Below the pieces are notes generated by a model, which saw only the letters and a list, made by a program, of their open reading frames with translations, ran no database searches and was not told where the DNA came from. From an uncultured Chloroflexia bacterium (lineage in GTDB: Bacteria; Chloroflexota; Limnocylindria; Limnocylindrales; CSP1-4): a stretch of DNA of 64,000 bases. The DNA lies in assembly GCA_963713975.1 (NCBI GenBank), contig OY970218.1:3328001-3392000 (forward strand), written 5' to 3'. This document shows, one piece after another, positions 1 to 10,307 of the stretch. Made by a program: the position numbers and the translations under genes. Within the stretch, counting starts at the first letter, position 1; every line of letters begins with the position of its first letter.

Positions 1-330
1 TCGGCTGATGTCCTCGCGGGTCACCTCGCGATGGTGGGCGGTGACCGCCACTTGGCCCTTGGAGTTGAGGCTCTCGACGTGCTGGCCGCCGACGCCCACG
101 AAGGCGCGATCGATCTTCCAGCCGGACAGCCGCTCCGCGTGCTCGACGGCGTCCGTGATGGACCGCACCGACTGGTCGATGTTGACGACCACGGCCTTCC
201 GCAGCCCGGTCGTGGGCACCGTGCCGTGGCCCATGACGGTCAGGCGGCCGTCGCGGCTCACCTCCCCGATGAGCGCACAGACCTTGGATGTGCCGACGTC
301 GATGCCGACGAGGACCGCTTCCCGTTCCAC
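1..330 (-). CDS. ftsA: Cell division protein FtsA, N-terminal part (runs off window)
   Basis: Hand translation from GTG 330: VEREAVLVGIDVGTSKVCALIGEV...GLRKAVVVNID, the FtsA phosphate-1 motif; last gene of the dcw cluster. Confidence 0.92.
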   Translation of the reverse strand, partial: MEREAVLVGIDVGTSKVCALIGEVSRDGRLTVMGHGTVPTTGLRKAVVVNIDQSVRSITDAVEHAERLSGWKIDRAFVGVGGQHVESLNSKGQVAVTAHHREVTREDISR

Positions 331-357
331 CTGCCTGTCGTCCCTCGCTGTCGCTGT

Positions 358-681
358 CTAGATGAAGTGGCGCCGGATCAGCGCGACGTTGTTGAAGATC
401 CGGAAGCCGAAGTTGATGAGGGCGACCAGGTAGAGGTCGATGTTCAACCTGTCGCCGATGAAGGTCAGCACCACTGCCACGATCGCGTTGGTGAGGAAGC
501 CGCTGATGAAGATCCGATTGTCGTAGACCCCGTCGAGCTCCGCCCGAACCGCCCCGAGGACCGAGTCGAGGGCCGCGAGGATCGCGACCGCCACGTAGCG
601 CGAGAGCTCGAAGCTGACGTTGACGTTGAGGGCAAGCCCCGCGATGACACCGAGGAAGAGACCCACGAGGGGCAGGAGCAC
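358..681 (-). CDS. sbp: Small basic protein (Sbp/DUF1290), membrane
   Basis: YVAVAILAALDSVLGAVRA...FISGFLTN...GDRLNIDLY...GFRIFNN signature; lies between ftsQ and ftsA. Confidence 0.85.
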   Translation of the reverse strand: MLLPLVGLFLGVIAGLALNVNVSFELSRYVAVAILAALDSVLGAVRAELDGVYDNRIFISGFLTNAIVAVVLTFIGDRLNIDLYLVALINFGFRIFNNVALIRRHFI

Positions 682-772
682 GGGCGGGCATCCTCCGTCC
701 GGTAGAACGTCGCATCTACGCTACCAGACCATTGGCGGGCGGGGCCCGTCGTCGGGGTGAGTGTCGGGGTCG

Positions 773-1768
773 TCACGGGACGGGGGTCCCAGTGGGCTTC
801 GGTACGGCGGTCGGCTTGGGGGTCTTCTCGGGCTTGGGGGTCTTCTCGGGCTTGGGCGTCCCGGTGGCCTTGGGGGTCTTCTCGGGCTTGGCCGTCTCCT
901 TGGGCACATACGTTCCGGAATGATCGTCCGCGAGGATCACGCGCTCCACATCGTCCTCGCGCCCCGCGAGGAGGCTCCGGAGCAGCCGGACCTGGCCGGG
1001 GACGAGGTCCGGTGTGCGCAACGTCGGGGTGTAGAACCCGAACACGGCCGTCCAGGACGCGGGGCGCGTCCGCATCGTGAAGCCGTTGGCGTCATCCACG
1101 CGCATGACGAGATCCCGCGCGCCGCTGCCGACGTCTGCCGGTGACAGCGAGCCCAGGCGGAGCGCGGCGTCGAGCGTCACGGGGTCCAGCGTGGATCCGA
1201 TGCCGAGCTCCGTGGACGACAGTCGTGCGTCGTCCACGAGGGGGAGGTCGGCGGCGACGGCCGCCGCATCGGGGCCGAGCTCGCCGAACAGGCGGCCGTC
1301 GCCGTCCACCAGGAAGGTGCGATCCCCGATCCGCCACGCGAGCAGGGCCGCCCGCTCCGTGACGGCTACGCGCACCTCATCCGGCAGGGCGATCGTCACC
1401 GTTGCCGAGGCGATCGACGGGATCGAGGCGACGCGCTGCGCCAGCTCGCCGGTCTGGATCGTGAACACGTTCTCGCCATCGGGTATCGCCATCGCGGCCA
1501 GCACGGCCGCCTCCGGCGTCCAGGTTGTCCCCATGACCACGGTCCGCCGGGCCGCGAAGGCATCAGACGAGGCAAGGCCGTACACGGCGGCCGCTCCGGC
1601 CAACAGTGCCAGCAGCGCTCCCGCCCGGACGGGCGTCAGGCCCGCCGAGGCGCGTCGGACCGGTCGCGTCCGCCGGCCCGCGCCGCCGGGCCGTGCCCCC
1701 GGCCGGAGCACCGCGGGGCGGATGGTGCGGGACGACGGTGACGAACGGCCCGAGGATCGGCGGATCAC
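773..1768 (-). CDS. ftsQ: FtsQ/DivIB-type POTRA domain cell division protein with Lys/Pro/Thr-repeat tail
   Basis: Basic N-terminus, one TM segment, POTRA-like region (IPSIASATVTIALPDEVRVAVTER), LVDGDG; position after ddl. Confidence 0.85.
   Translation of the reverse strand: MIRRSSGRSSPSSRTIRPAVLRPGARPGGAGRRTRPVRRASAGLTPVRAGALLALLAGAAAVYGLASSDAFAARRTVVMGTTWTPEAAVLAAMAIPDGENVFTIQTGELAQRVASIPSIASATVTIALPDEVRVAVTERAALLAWRIGDRTFLVDGDGRLFGELGPDAAAVAADLPLVDDARLSSTELGIGSTLDPVTLDAALRLGSLSPADVGSGARDLVMRVDDANGFTMRTRPASWTAVFGFYTPTLRTPDLVPGQVRLLRSLLAGREDDVERVILADDHSGTYVPKETAKPEKTPKATGTPKPEKTPKPEKTPKPTAVPKPTGTPVP
780..900 (-). repeat. 18-bp in-frame coding repeats (KPEKTP-type) at the ftsQ 3' end
   Basis: Plus strand ggcttgggggtcttctcg repeated; protein reads KPEKTPKATGTPKPEKTPKPEKTPKPT. 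Confidence 0.85.
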
Positions 1769-1786
1769 GAGTCGCTCACGGGTCGC

Positions 1787-2929
1787 TCACCGGGGCAGGT
1801 CGGCAGGAGCGAGCCGGTGGCGGATGCGGGACCGGTCGCGAGCGAGCGCCAGGTCCACGACCCGGCGGCACACCGCCGCGAAGTCGTAGCCACCCTCCGC
1901 GCACAACGCCGGGAACAAGCTGATCGGGGTGAAGCCTGGGATGGTGTTGATCTCGGATACGAGCAGCGTGTCGCCGGCGACCAGGAAGTCGACGCGCGCG
2001 AACCCCTCGGCGCCGATCGCCCGGTAGGCGTCGCGTGCGAGCTTGTGCATCGCGGCCCTCTGGGCGATCGTGACCTCGGCGGTCAGGTTGGAGCGGGAGA
2101 CACCCTGCGTGTACTTGGCCACGTAGTCGTAGAACTCGTGGCCGGACACGATCTCGCCCGGCCCGTAGAGCTCCAACTCGTGCGGCTCGTTGCCCAGGAC
2201 CGAGACCTCCATGTCACGGGCTCCGGCGAGGTAGCGCTCCACGAGCACCACGTCGTCGAAGCGGAACGCCTCGACCAACGCCGGAACCCGCTCCTCCGCG
2301 GTATGGGCGAGCGTCATGCCGACGGAGCTGCCGAGGCGCGCCGGCTTGACCATGAGGCGCGTGTCCCCGCCCGCTGCTGCGAAGGCATCGAGCTCCGACA
2401 GGACGCTCCTGGGGTCCGACGACCAGCGGCCGGCGCGGACCTCCACCCAGTCCGCGACCGGGAGGCCCAGGCCCCTGGCCAGCCGCTTGAACACCGCCTT
2501 GTCCATGCCCACGGCGCTCGCGGTGACGCCGGACCCCGTGTATGCCAGGCCGGCCGCCTCGCACAGCGCCTGCGCCGTTCCGTCCTCACCGAACGGGCCG
2601 TGGAGGGCGAGGAACACCACGGGCCGCGCCGGGCGCCCGGCCAGGCCGTGCAGGGCCCGGCCCACATCAATGGGACCGGCGGCTCCAAGGGCCGCGGGGT
2701 CGTCGTAGTCGGCCTGCGGACGACCGTCCCGGCGGAACCCGTCGGGCAGGCGCCACCAGGCTCCGTCGAGGTCGATCAGCCAGGTCTCGACCGGATAGCC
2801 GGACCCGGCCAGCGCATCGGCGATGGCGGACCCCGACACGATCGACACGTCGTGCTCGGCCGACGGGCCGCCCAGGACCACCGCGACCGGCGTCGCGACG
2901 GGATCGTGGGCCGGCGGCGGCATGGGCAT
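1787..2929 (-). CDS. ddl: D-alanine--D-alanine ligase
   Basis: GGPSAEHDVS, LHGPFGEDG, MDK, KPARLGSSVG, FYDYVAKY, EINTIPGFT; start overlaps the murB stop. Confidence 0.95.
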   Translation of the reverse strand: MPMPPPAHDPVATPVAVVLGGPSAEHDVSIVSGSAIADALAGSGYPVETWLIDLDGAWWRLPDGFRRDGRPQADYDDPAALGAAGPIDVGRALHGLAGRPARPVVFLALHGPFGEDGTAQALCEAAGLAYTGSGVTASAVGMDKAVFKRLARGLGLPVADWVEVRAGRWSSDPRSVLSELDAFAAAGGDTRLMVKPARLGSSVGMTLAHTAEERVPALVEAFRFDDVVLVERYLAGARDMEVSVLGNEPHELELYGPGEIVSGHEFYDYVAKYTQGVSRSNLTAEVTIAQRAAMHKLARDAYRAIGAEGFARVDFLVAGDTLLVSEINTIPGFTPISLFPALCAEGGYDFAAVCRRVVDLALARDRSRIRHRLAPADLPR

Positions 2930-3921
2930 CAGGCGGTCTCCTCCGGACTCCAGGCGGACCAGTCGCCGGCAAACTCGACCTCGTACGCGAGCTCGAGGCC
3001 GTGGTGGTCCCGCACCGCGGCGCGGACGTGCTCCGCCACGCTGCGGACATCGGCTGCCGTACCGTGCTCGTCGTTGACGATGAAGTTGGCGTGCTTCGGT
3101 GACACGACGGCGCCGCCCACACGGTAGCCCTTGAGGCCCAGCGCGTCGATCAGCCGGCCCGCGGAATCGCCGGGGGGGTTCCGGAACACGGAGCCCGCGG
3201 ACGGGATGCCCAGTGGCTGGTGCTCGCGGCGCCAGCGCCGGATGTCGTCGAGGCGTGCCTTGATCGCGACCGGCTCCGCGGGCTGCAGGTGGAAGACGCC
3301 GCCCAGCACGATCTCGGCAGGCCCAGGCGAGCCCGATGCGCCGTTCGCCCCCGCCGGCGAAGCGTCCTTGAACCGGCTGTGGCGGTACGCGAAGCCGAGC
3401 TCGGCCGCGGGGACCACCGCCTCCGTGCCGTCGGCCAGGAGCACCGTCGCCGACTCCAGCACCGATGCCGTCTCCGCCCCGTGCGCCCCCGCGTTGGCCC
3501 AGATCGCGCCGCCCACGGTGCCCGGGATCGCCAGCCCGTACTCGAGGCCGGTGAGCCCCGCCCTCTGCGTCTCGGTGGCGGCGCGGGCCATCGGCACCCC
3601 CGCATCGGCCCGGTACCGGTCCCCATCCACGCGCGATGCCTCCGCGCGAGCCTGGATCACGAGGCCCCGGAACCCGGCATCCGCGATCACGAGGTTGCTG
3701 CCGCGACCCAGGATGAGCAGCGGGATCGAGCGCGCCCGCGCGAACCGGACGAGGCCGCGCAGCTCGAAGCCGTTGTGGGCGACCGCGAAAAGGTCCGCAG
3801 GGCCGCCGACCCGCATCGTGGTGTAGCGCGCGAGTACCTCGTTGCGAACCGTCTTCACGCCGATCCGCCGCTGGATCTCGGACCCGGTCGCGAGCGCGTC
3901 GAACGCGGGCGCATCTCTCAT
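2929..3921 (-). CDS. murB: UDP-N-acetylenolpyruvoylglucosamine reductase
   Basis: TTMRVGGPA, GRGSNL, IPGTVGGAIWANAGAHG, SAGSVFRNP, KHANFIVN. Confidence 0.95.
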   Translation of the reverse strand: MRDAPAFDALATGSEIQRRIGVKTVRNEVLARYTTMRVGGPADLFAVAHNGFELRGLVRFARARSIPLLILGRGSNLVIADAGFRGLVIQARAEASRVDGDRYRADAGVPMARAATETQRAGLTGLEYGLAIPGTVGGAIWANAGAHGAETASVLESATVLLADGTEAVVPAAELGFAYRHSRFKDASPAGANGASGSPGPAEIVLGGVFHLQPAEPVAIKARLDDIRRWRREHQPLGIPSAGSVFRNPPGDSAGRLIDALGLKGYRVGGAVVSPKHANFIVNDEHGTAADVRSVAEHVRAAVRDHHGLELAYEVEFAGDWSAWSPEETA

Positions 3922-5066
3922 GGCCGGCCGCCGCGCGCGATGGCGTCGATCTCGGCCTGCGTGGGCAGCGGCTCGTGCGAGGCGACCGCGAGCACGAGAT
4001 CCGCAACCGCCCGAGCGGCGTCGGGTCGGGCGAGGTCCCGCGCCGCCGCGGACATGACGGCGTGCCGGGCCGGATCGGACAGCAGGCCCGCGATCTCGAC
4101 AAGCCGGTCGCCGTCCATCGCCTCGTCCTCGATCAGCACCGCCGCGCCGGCGTCCACGAACGCCTGCGCGTTCAGCCGCTGGTGACCGGCGGCGTGCGGG
4201 TACGGGACGATGGCCATGGGCAGGGCGAACGCGGCCCCCTCGGCCAGGGTGGATGCCCCCGCCCGCCCGACGCCGAGGTCCGCGGCCGCGAGCGCCGCCG
4301 TCATGTCCTCGTGCAGGAACGGGAACGGTCGGTAGCGGTCCCGCAGCCCGTCGGGCAGCGCGTCCCGGGCGGCCAGTGCAGCCGCGTAGCCGTCGTCGCC
4401 GGCGACGTGGACGACCCGCACCCGCTCCACCAGCCGGGGAAGCGCAGCGGTGACCGCGTCGTTGATCCGGCGCACGGCCTGCGACCCGCCGAACACGAGG
4501 AGGATGCGCTCGCCCGGTCGTCCGCCGAACCGCTCCCGGGCCTCGTCGACGTCCACCTCGTCGAACGACCGGATGGGCGTGCCGGTCACGAAGGTCCGAG
4601 GATGCCCAAGCTCGCGGGCGGTCGCCTGGTGGCTCACCGTGACGACGGTCGCCAGCCGCGCGACGAGTCGGACGCTGCGGCCCGGGACCACGTTCCCGTC
4701 CCACAGGACGGTCGGGATGCGCAGGATGGCGGCCGCGACCAGCGTGGGGATGGCGACATAGCCGCCGGTCGTGAAGATGGCCGCCGGGCGACGGGCGATC
4801 AGCAGCGCCAGGGCCTGCGGGACCGAGACGGCTAGCCGGATCGGGTCGAGGGCCAGGTGGACGTCACGGCCCGCCGAGCGGAGCGAGCGCAGGGCCAGAC
4901 GACGCAGCGGGATGCCGGCCGGCGGGACGATCTCCCGCTCGAGGCCACGGTGGCCGCCGAGCCAGCCGAGCTCAGGCGTTCCGGCCCGACCTCGGAGTGA
5001 CCGGGCGACGGCGAGGGCCGGGTAGATATGACCGCCCGTCCCCCCGCCCGCGATCAGCAGGCGCAT
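3918..5066 (-). CDS. murG: Lipid I GlcNAc transferase MurG
   Basis: GGGTGGHIYP, TGGYV, GGSQ, RAGAST, HQRLNA. Confidence 0.95.
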   Translation of the reverse strand: MRLLIAGGGTGGHIYPALAVARSLRGRAGTPELGWLGGHRGLEREIVPPAGIPLRRLALRSLRSAGRDVHLALDPIRLAVSVPQALALLIARRPAAIFTTGGYVAIPTLVAAAILRIPTVLWDGNVVPGRSVRLVARLATVVTVSHQATARELGHPRTFVTGTPIRSFDEVDVDEARERFGGRPGERILLVFGGSQAVRRINDAVTAALPRLVERVRVVHVAGDDGYAAALAARDALPDGLRDRYRPFPFLHEDMTAALAAADLGVGRAGASTLAEGAAFALPMAIVPYPHAAGHQRLNAQAFVDAGAAVLIEDEAMDGDRLVEIAGLLSDPARHAVMSAAARDLARPDAARAVADLVLAVASHEPLPTQAEIDAIARGGRP

Positions 5067-6249
5067 CGTTCCAGGTTCCTTTCTCGACCGTCTCGCGTGA
5101 GATCGACAGCAGGATGCCGACCGCCGCAAAGCTGATGATCAGGCTGGACCCGCCTGCCGAGACGAATGGCAGCGGGATCCCGGTGACGGGGATCAGCCCC
5201 ACCACCACGCCGATGTTGATGAACGCCTGGAGACAGATCCAGGACGTGATGCCGGCCGCCAGCATGGCGCCGAAGGTGTCCGGTGCACCGAGCGACGTGC
5301 GGATCCCGAGATAGCCGATCGCGAGGAACAGCACGATCACCAGGCCGGCCCCCAGAAGGCCGAACTCCTCGCCCACGATGGCGAAGATGAAGTCGTTGAA
5401 CGCGTTGGGGAGGAACAGGCCGCCGGCGAGGCGGCTCTCCCCGAGGCCGGCCCCCAGCACCCCGCCCAGGGCGAGGGCGAAGTAGCCCTGGATGCTGTGG
5501 AACCCGTCGCCGGCGGCCGCGCTCCACGGGTCGAGCCAGGTCGTGATCCGGGTCATCTGGTAGCCCTGCAGGAACACGAGCAGCACCGCCGGGACCGCGG
5601 CGGCGGCCATCGCCAGGAGATGGAGCACGTTGGCGCCCGCGAGGAAGAACACCGTGAACGCGGTGAACGCCAGGACCGAGGTCGTGCCCAGGTCCGGCTC
5701 GAGCAGGACGAGCACCATCACCGGCACGGTGATCACGAGGAACGGGAGCGTGCCGGTCAGCAGGCCGTGAACGGCGGTCCCACGCTTGGCGAACCAGTGG
5801 GCGAGGTACACCACCAGTGCCAGCTTCATGAACTCGGCCGGGTGCACGGCCGGCAACGGCCCGATCTTGAGCCAGCGGGCGGACCCGCCGACCTCGATGT
5901 TGATCGCCGGGATGAACACCAGCAGCAGGCCCACGATGCCGGCCAGGAACAGCGGGACGGACGCGACCCGCAGCCACCGGTAGTCGACGCGCATCATCAC
6001 CAGCATCGCGACCAGGCCCAGGGCCGCCCACTGGATCTGGGGACCCACGATCGCGAAAGTGTTGTTCTCCTTCGAGAGGAAAGCCTTGATCGCGGACGAC
6101 GAGTAGACCATCAGGATCCCGATGGCCGCCAGGGCCACGGTCGCCACGAGGATCCCATACTCCGGCTCGTGGCTCTCGCGCTGGAGCGTGTTGCTCCGCG
6201 ATCGATCGCGCGCGGGCGCTCGCACGGCGGTCAGCGGCGTGGTACTCAT
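4972..6249 (-). CDS. ftsW: SEDS peptidoglycan polymerase FtsW
   Basis: MVYSSS, ARW, HPAEFMK, EPDLGT, DFIFAIVGEEFG, TGIPLPFVSAGGSS. Confidence 0.95.
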   Translation of the reverse strand: MSTTPLTAVRAPARDRSRSNTLQRESHEPEYGILVATVALAAIGILMVYSSSAIKAFLSKENNTFAIVGPQIQWAALGLVAMLVMMRVDYRWLRVASVPLFLAGIVGLLLVFIPAINIEVGGSARWLKIGPLPAVHPAEFMKLALVVYLAHWFAKRGTAVHGLLTGTLPFLVITVPVMVLVLLEPDLGTTSVLAFTAFTVFFLAGANVLHLLAMAAAAVPAVLLVFLQGYQMTRITTWLDPWSAAAGDGFHSIQGYFALALGGVLGAGLGESRLAGGLFLPNAFNDFIFAIVGEEFGLLGAGLVIVLFLAIGYLGIRTSLGAPDTFGAMLAAGITSWICLQAFINIGVVVGLIPVTGIPLPFVSAGGSSLIISFAAVGILLSISRETVEKGTWNDAPADRGRGDGRSYLPGPRRRPVTPRSGRNA

Positions 6250-7814
6250 GCGGGCCTCCCGTCGCCGGCGGAGCCGGCACCGCGAGCCGCGGCGAGGCGG
6301 CCCACTGCTGCGATGAAGGCTCGACCCCGGGCCGCGTAGTCCTCGAACATGTCGAACGAGGCGGCGGCCGGGCTCAGGACCACCGTGGCCACGGCCCCCT
6401 CCGGGGCGTCGGCCAGCGCCACGTGGGCGAACGCGTCGGCGACGGTGACCGCCTCGTCCATTGTGGAGGCGCCCGCCGTCCGGCCCAGGCCGGCCGCCCG
6501 GAACAGGTGCTCCAGCGTGGGTCCGCTCTCCCCGATCAGCACCGCCGCCGCGAGCGTCTGGCCGGCGACGCTCGCCAGCCCGGACAGGTCCACGCCCTTG
6601 TCCCGCCCGCCGGCGATCAGCACCACTGGGCCCGGGAAGGCACGCAGGGCGGCGATCACGGCGTCCGGCTGGGTCCCCTGGGAGTCGTTGACGAACCGGA
6701 CGCCGTCGAGCAGGCCCACCGACTGGAGACGGTGCTCGACACCGGTGAACGACGCGGCGGCGCGGCGGATCGCATCCGGGGCCACCCCGAACAACAGGCC
6801 CACCGCGATGGCGGCCATGGCGTTGGACACGTTGTGGCGGCCCGGGATGCCCAGCTCGTCAACCGGCATGATCCCGCCACCGGGCCCGGTCTGGGCAGGT
6901 CCCCCACCCGCCAGTGGCAGGCGCTCCGTGGCCGCCGAGACGATCCAGCCGTCCACGACACCGAGGCCGCCCGGCACCGGACGGTCGTTCCGGTACAGCA
7001 CGGCAGGGGCGGTGCCGAGCCCCGCGTAGCCGCCGACCACGGGATCCTCGAGGTTGAGCACGAGGGCGCCGTCGGGATCGACGAGCTCCGCCAGACGCCG
7101 CTTGACCCGTCGGTAGGCCTCCACCGAGCCGTGCCGGTCAAGGTGGTCCGAGGTGATGTTGGTGTACGCCGCGACCGTCGTGCCCCGCGAGAGCGCGGGC
7201 AGCTGCAGCTCCGAGAGCTCCACCACGACCCGGTGGGCGGGCGTCAGCTCCGGCAGACGCTCCACCAGTGGCGTGCCGATGTTGCCGCCCAGCACGGCGG
7301 GGTGGACCGGGTCCGCCGCGAGGATCGCGTGCGCCAGCGAGGATGTTGTCGTCTTGCCCTTGGTCCCGGTCACGCCGATCGTGGGAGCCGGGCACAGGCG
7401 CAGGAACAGGCCCGATTCGCTGACCAGGGCCGGGGCCGCCGGATCGCCACCGGCGCGAGCGGCGACGAGCGCCTGCAGCGCGGCCCGGAGGCGGGACTCG
7501 GTCGTCGGGTAGTCCGGGGTGATCGACGGCGACGTGGTCACGAGCGCCGCGTCCACCCAGGTGGAAGGGGGGTCGATGTCCGGGCCCAGCCGGAGGACGA
7601 CGTCCCGGTCGCCCAGCTTCCCGATCGCGGGCTCGAGCTCCGCGGCGGATCGTCCGTCGTAGACCGTGACCCGCGCGCCGGCATCGTGGAGGAAGCGGGC
7701 CAGCGCGATGCCGCTGCGGGCAAGGCCCAGCACGGTGACCGGCCGGCCGTCGAGGGCACCCGCGCGGACGTCGTCGAGCGTGAGGCTGTCGATGTCGATC
7801 GGTCGCACGGCCAT
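6246..7814 (-). CDS. murD: UDP-MurNAc-L-Ala--D-Glu ligase
   Basis: GLARSG, GVTGTKGKTTT, GGNIG, DHLDRH, GVEHRL, LSPAAASFDMF. Confidence 0.93.
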   Translation of the reverse strand: MAVRPIDIDSLTLDDVRAGALDGRPVTVLGLARSGIALARFLHDAGARVTVYDGRSAAELEPAIGKLGDRDVVLRLGPDIDPPSTWVDAALVTTSPSITPDYPTTESRLRAALQALVAARAGGDPAAPALVSESGLFLRLCPAPTIGVTGTKGKTTTSSLAHAILAADPVHPAVLGGNIGTPLVERLPELTPAHRVVVELSELQLPALSRGTTVAAYTNITSDHLDRHGSVEAYRRVKRRLAELVDPDGALVLNLEDPVVGGYAGLGTAPAVLYRNDRPVPGGLGVVDGWIVSAATERLPLAGGGPAQTGPGGGIMPVDELGIPGRHNVSNAMAAIAVGLLFGVAPDAIRRAAASFTGVEHRLQSVGLLDGVRFVNDSQGTQPDAVIAALRAFPGPVVLIAGGRDKGVDLSGLASVAGQTLAAAVLIGESGPTLEHLFRAAGLGRTAGASTMDEAVTVADAFAHVALADAPEGAVATVVLSPAAASFDMFEDYAARGRAFIAAVGRLAAARGAGSAGDGRPA

Positions 7815-7815
7815 C

Positions 7816-8799
7816 TCAGCGGAGCGCATCGATCGACGCCATGAACAGGGTGACGCCCAGCAGCCCGGCCAGGATGCCCACGATCCAGAACCGGAGCGTG
7901 ATCTTCTCCTCGTCCCAGCCACCCAGCTCGAAGTGGTGGTGCAGGGGCGCCATCCGGAACACGCGCTTCCCGCCGGACATCTTGAAGTAGCCGATCTGGA
8001 TGATGTCCGACATCGTCTCGACCACGAAGATCAGCCCGATCAGGGGGAGCACGAGGATCTGGCCGGTGATCAGGGCGATGACCGCCAGGGTCGCCCCGAG
8101 CGAGAGTGATCCCGAGTCCCCCATGAACACCTGCGCCGGGTGGACGTTGAACCACAGGAAGCCGAGCAGGGCCCCGATGATCAGGGCGCACAGGAACGCG
8201 ATGTTGGTCTGCGCGACCGGCGCGTTGAGCAGGGCGATGATCAGGAACGACACGAACGCGAACGCGAGCGTGCCGCCTGCGAGGCCGTCGAGCCCGTCGG
8301 TGATGTTCACGCCGTTGGACGCGGCCACGATCGCGAACGCTGCGAAGAAGATGTAGACGACGGGATCGATGCCCACGTCCCCGACGAACGGGACCCGGAT
8401 CGCGGTGATCTGGTACGTGCTCTGGATCTGGTAGGCGACCACCAGGGCCACGACCGACTGCCACAGGAGCTTCTGGCGGGCACGGATCCCCTCGCCGGTC
8501 CGGGCGTTGAGGTAGTCGTCCGCGGCGCCCAGGAGACCCACCAGGGCCAGGGTCGCCAGCGGCGCGATGACGCCGCCCTGGACGGGCCAGCGCAGCAGCA
8601 GGAAGATCCCGAGCACCACGAGGATCACCAGGAGGCCGCCCATCGTGGGGGTCCCCCGCTTGACCATGTGGCTCTGCGGGCCCTCCTCCCGAATCTGCTT
8701 CGCGAAGCCGAAGTGCTGGAGCAGACGGATGTACGGCGGCATCAGGATCACCACCAGCGCGAACGCCAGCAGCAGGCCCTGGATGAGCTCCAGGGTCAT
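7816..8799 (-). CDS. mraY: Phospho-MurNAc-pentapeptide transferase
   Basis: KRGTPTMGG, NITDGLDGL, FMGDSGS, MAPLHHHFE. Confidence 0.97.
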   Translation of the reverse strand: MTLELIQGLLLAFALVVILMPPYIRLLQHFGFAKQIREEGPQSHMVKRGTPTMGGLLVILVVLGIFLLLRWPVQGGVIAPLATLALVGLLGAADDYLNARTGEGIRARQKLLWQSVVALVVAYQIQSTYQITAIRVPFVGDVGIDPVVYIFFAAFAIVAASNGVNITDGLDGLAGGTLAFAFVSFLIIALLNAPVAQTNIAFLCALIIGALLGFLWFNVHPAQVFMGDSGSLSLGATLAVIALITGQILVLPLIGLIFVVETMSDIIQIGYFKMSGGKRVFRMAPLHHHFELGGWDEEKITLRFWIVGILAGLLGVTLFMASIDALR

Positions 8800-10307
8800 G
8801 CGCCGTCCTCCACGCCCGGGCCCGTCGCCAGGCCGCCCAGGGCCGCCACCAGCCCGTCCACGACGCGCTCCAGCTCCACGCCCCGCGACGCCTTGACCAG
8901 GATGACGTCCCCCGGCACGGACAGGTCGCGCAGCAGCTCCACGGCCTCCGCCGGCCCATCGGCAACCAGCACGTTGCCTGGCGCCATGCCCGCGGCTCGA
9001 GCCCCGTCCGCGATGCCAGCCGCCTCGCCGCCCGGACCGCCGTCCAGAACGACCAGCAGGTCGAGGTCGGCCGCGGCCTCCCCGACCTCGATGTGGCCCA
9101 CGGCATGCGTGTCACCCAGCTCCCGCATCGCCCCGAGGACGGCCACGTGGCGCCCCGGGAGGCCGCGCAGCATGTCCAGGGCCGCGCGCATCGTGGCGGG
9201 TGAGGCGTTGTAGGCATCGTCCACGACCGTCCGGCCCGCCGCCCGGACCACCACGGACCGATGCGGGGCGGTGGACGGGACTGCCAGCCCGGCCACGATC
9301 TCGTCGAGCCCCAGGCCGGCGGCCAGGCCGGCGGCGGCGGCGGCGAGGGCGTTGTGGACCGCCATGGCGCCCAGCCCTGGGACGGCCGCCGGGCGATCCC
9401 CTGCGGGGGTCCTGAGGCGGAACCGCATCCCGGCGAAACCCGCCGATGCGACCTCATCGGCGCCGATCTCCGCACCGGCGGCGAGCCCGTAGGTCACGAT
9501 CCGGGCGCGCGTCCGGGCCGCCATGCGTGCCACCCGGTCGTCGTCGGCGTTGAGGATGGCGACCCCGCCGTCCGCGTCCGGCGGCAGGGCCTCGACCAGC
9601 TCCGCCTTGGCATCCTCGATGGCCTCCACGCTGCCGATCCGTGACAGGTGCACGGGCTGGACCGCGGTCACGATCCCGATCGACGGTCGTGCGATGGCTG
9701 CCAGGTCACGAATCTCCCCACCCGTGTACATGCCCATCTCGAGCACGGCCGCAGCGTGCTCCGGCCCGAGACCCAGGACGGTGAGCGGCAGGCCGATCTC
9801 GTTGTTCTGGTTGCCCTCGGAGCGAAGCGTCCGGAACCGCTGGGCCAGGACGCCTGCAACGGCCTCCTTGGTCGACGTCTTGGCAACGCTTCCCGTGATG
9901 CCGACGACCAGCGGACAGAACCGCTGCCTCCAGATCGTCGCCACCGCGTGCAGGGCACGGAGCGTGTCCGGGACGCGCAGGACGGTGACATCCCCGAGCG
10001 TCTCGAACGCGGGCTCCCCGCCCGACGGATCGGGGTCTCGCGAGACCAGGATCGCCGCCGCGCCCGCTGCCGCCGCCGCGCGAAGGAATCGGTGGCCGTC
10101 CGTCCGCTCGCCAGGAAGCGCGACGAACAGGCTGCCGGGCACGACCAGCCTCGAGTCGACGGCGCCGCCGCGGATTGGTCGGGTGCTCCGCTGGACGAGC
10201 TCCCCGCCGGTCGCTGCAAGCAGGTCCTCGGCGGTCAGGGCGGGGTCGGCGGCGGTCGGCCGATCGGGGTCCGTCACGGGATCGAGTGTCGCACGGGCAG
10301 CCGTCAC
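8796..10307 (-). CDS. murF: UDP-MurNAc-tripeptide--D-Ala-D-Ala ligase
   Basis: DSR, GITGSVAKTSTKE, NQNNEIGLP, EMG, DDAYNASP, LVKASRG. Confidence 0.95.
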   Translation of the reverse strand: MTAARATLDPVTDPDRPTAADPALTAEDLLAATGGELVQRSTRPIRGGAVDSRLVVPGSLFVALPGERTDGHRFLRAAAAAGAAAILVSRDPDPSGGEPAFETLGDVTVLRVPDTLRALHAVATIWRQRFCPLVVGITGSVAKTSTKEAVAGVLAQRFRTLRSEGNQNNEIGLPLTVLGLGPEHAAAVLEMGMYTGGEIRDLAAIARPSIGIVTAVQPVHLSRIGSVEAIEDAKAELVEALPPDADGGVAILNADDDRVARMAARTRARIVTYGLAAGAEIGADEVASAGFAGMRFRLRTPAGDRPAAVPGLGAMAVHNALAAAAAGLAAGLGLDEIVAGLAVPSTAPHRSVVVRAAGRTVVDDAYNASPATMRAALDMLRGLPGRHVAVLGAMRELGDTHAVGHIEVGEAAADLDLLVVLDGGPGGEAAGIADGARAAGMAPGNVLVADGPAEAVELLRDLSVPGDVILVKASRGVELERVVDGLVAALGGLATGPGVEDGA

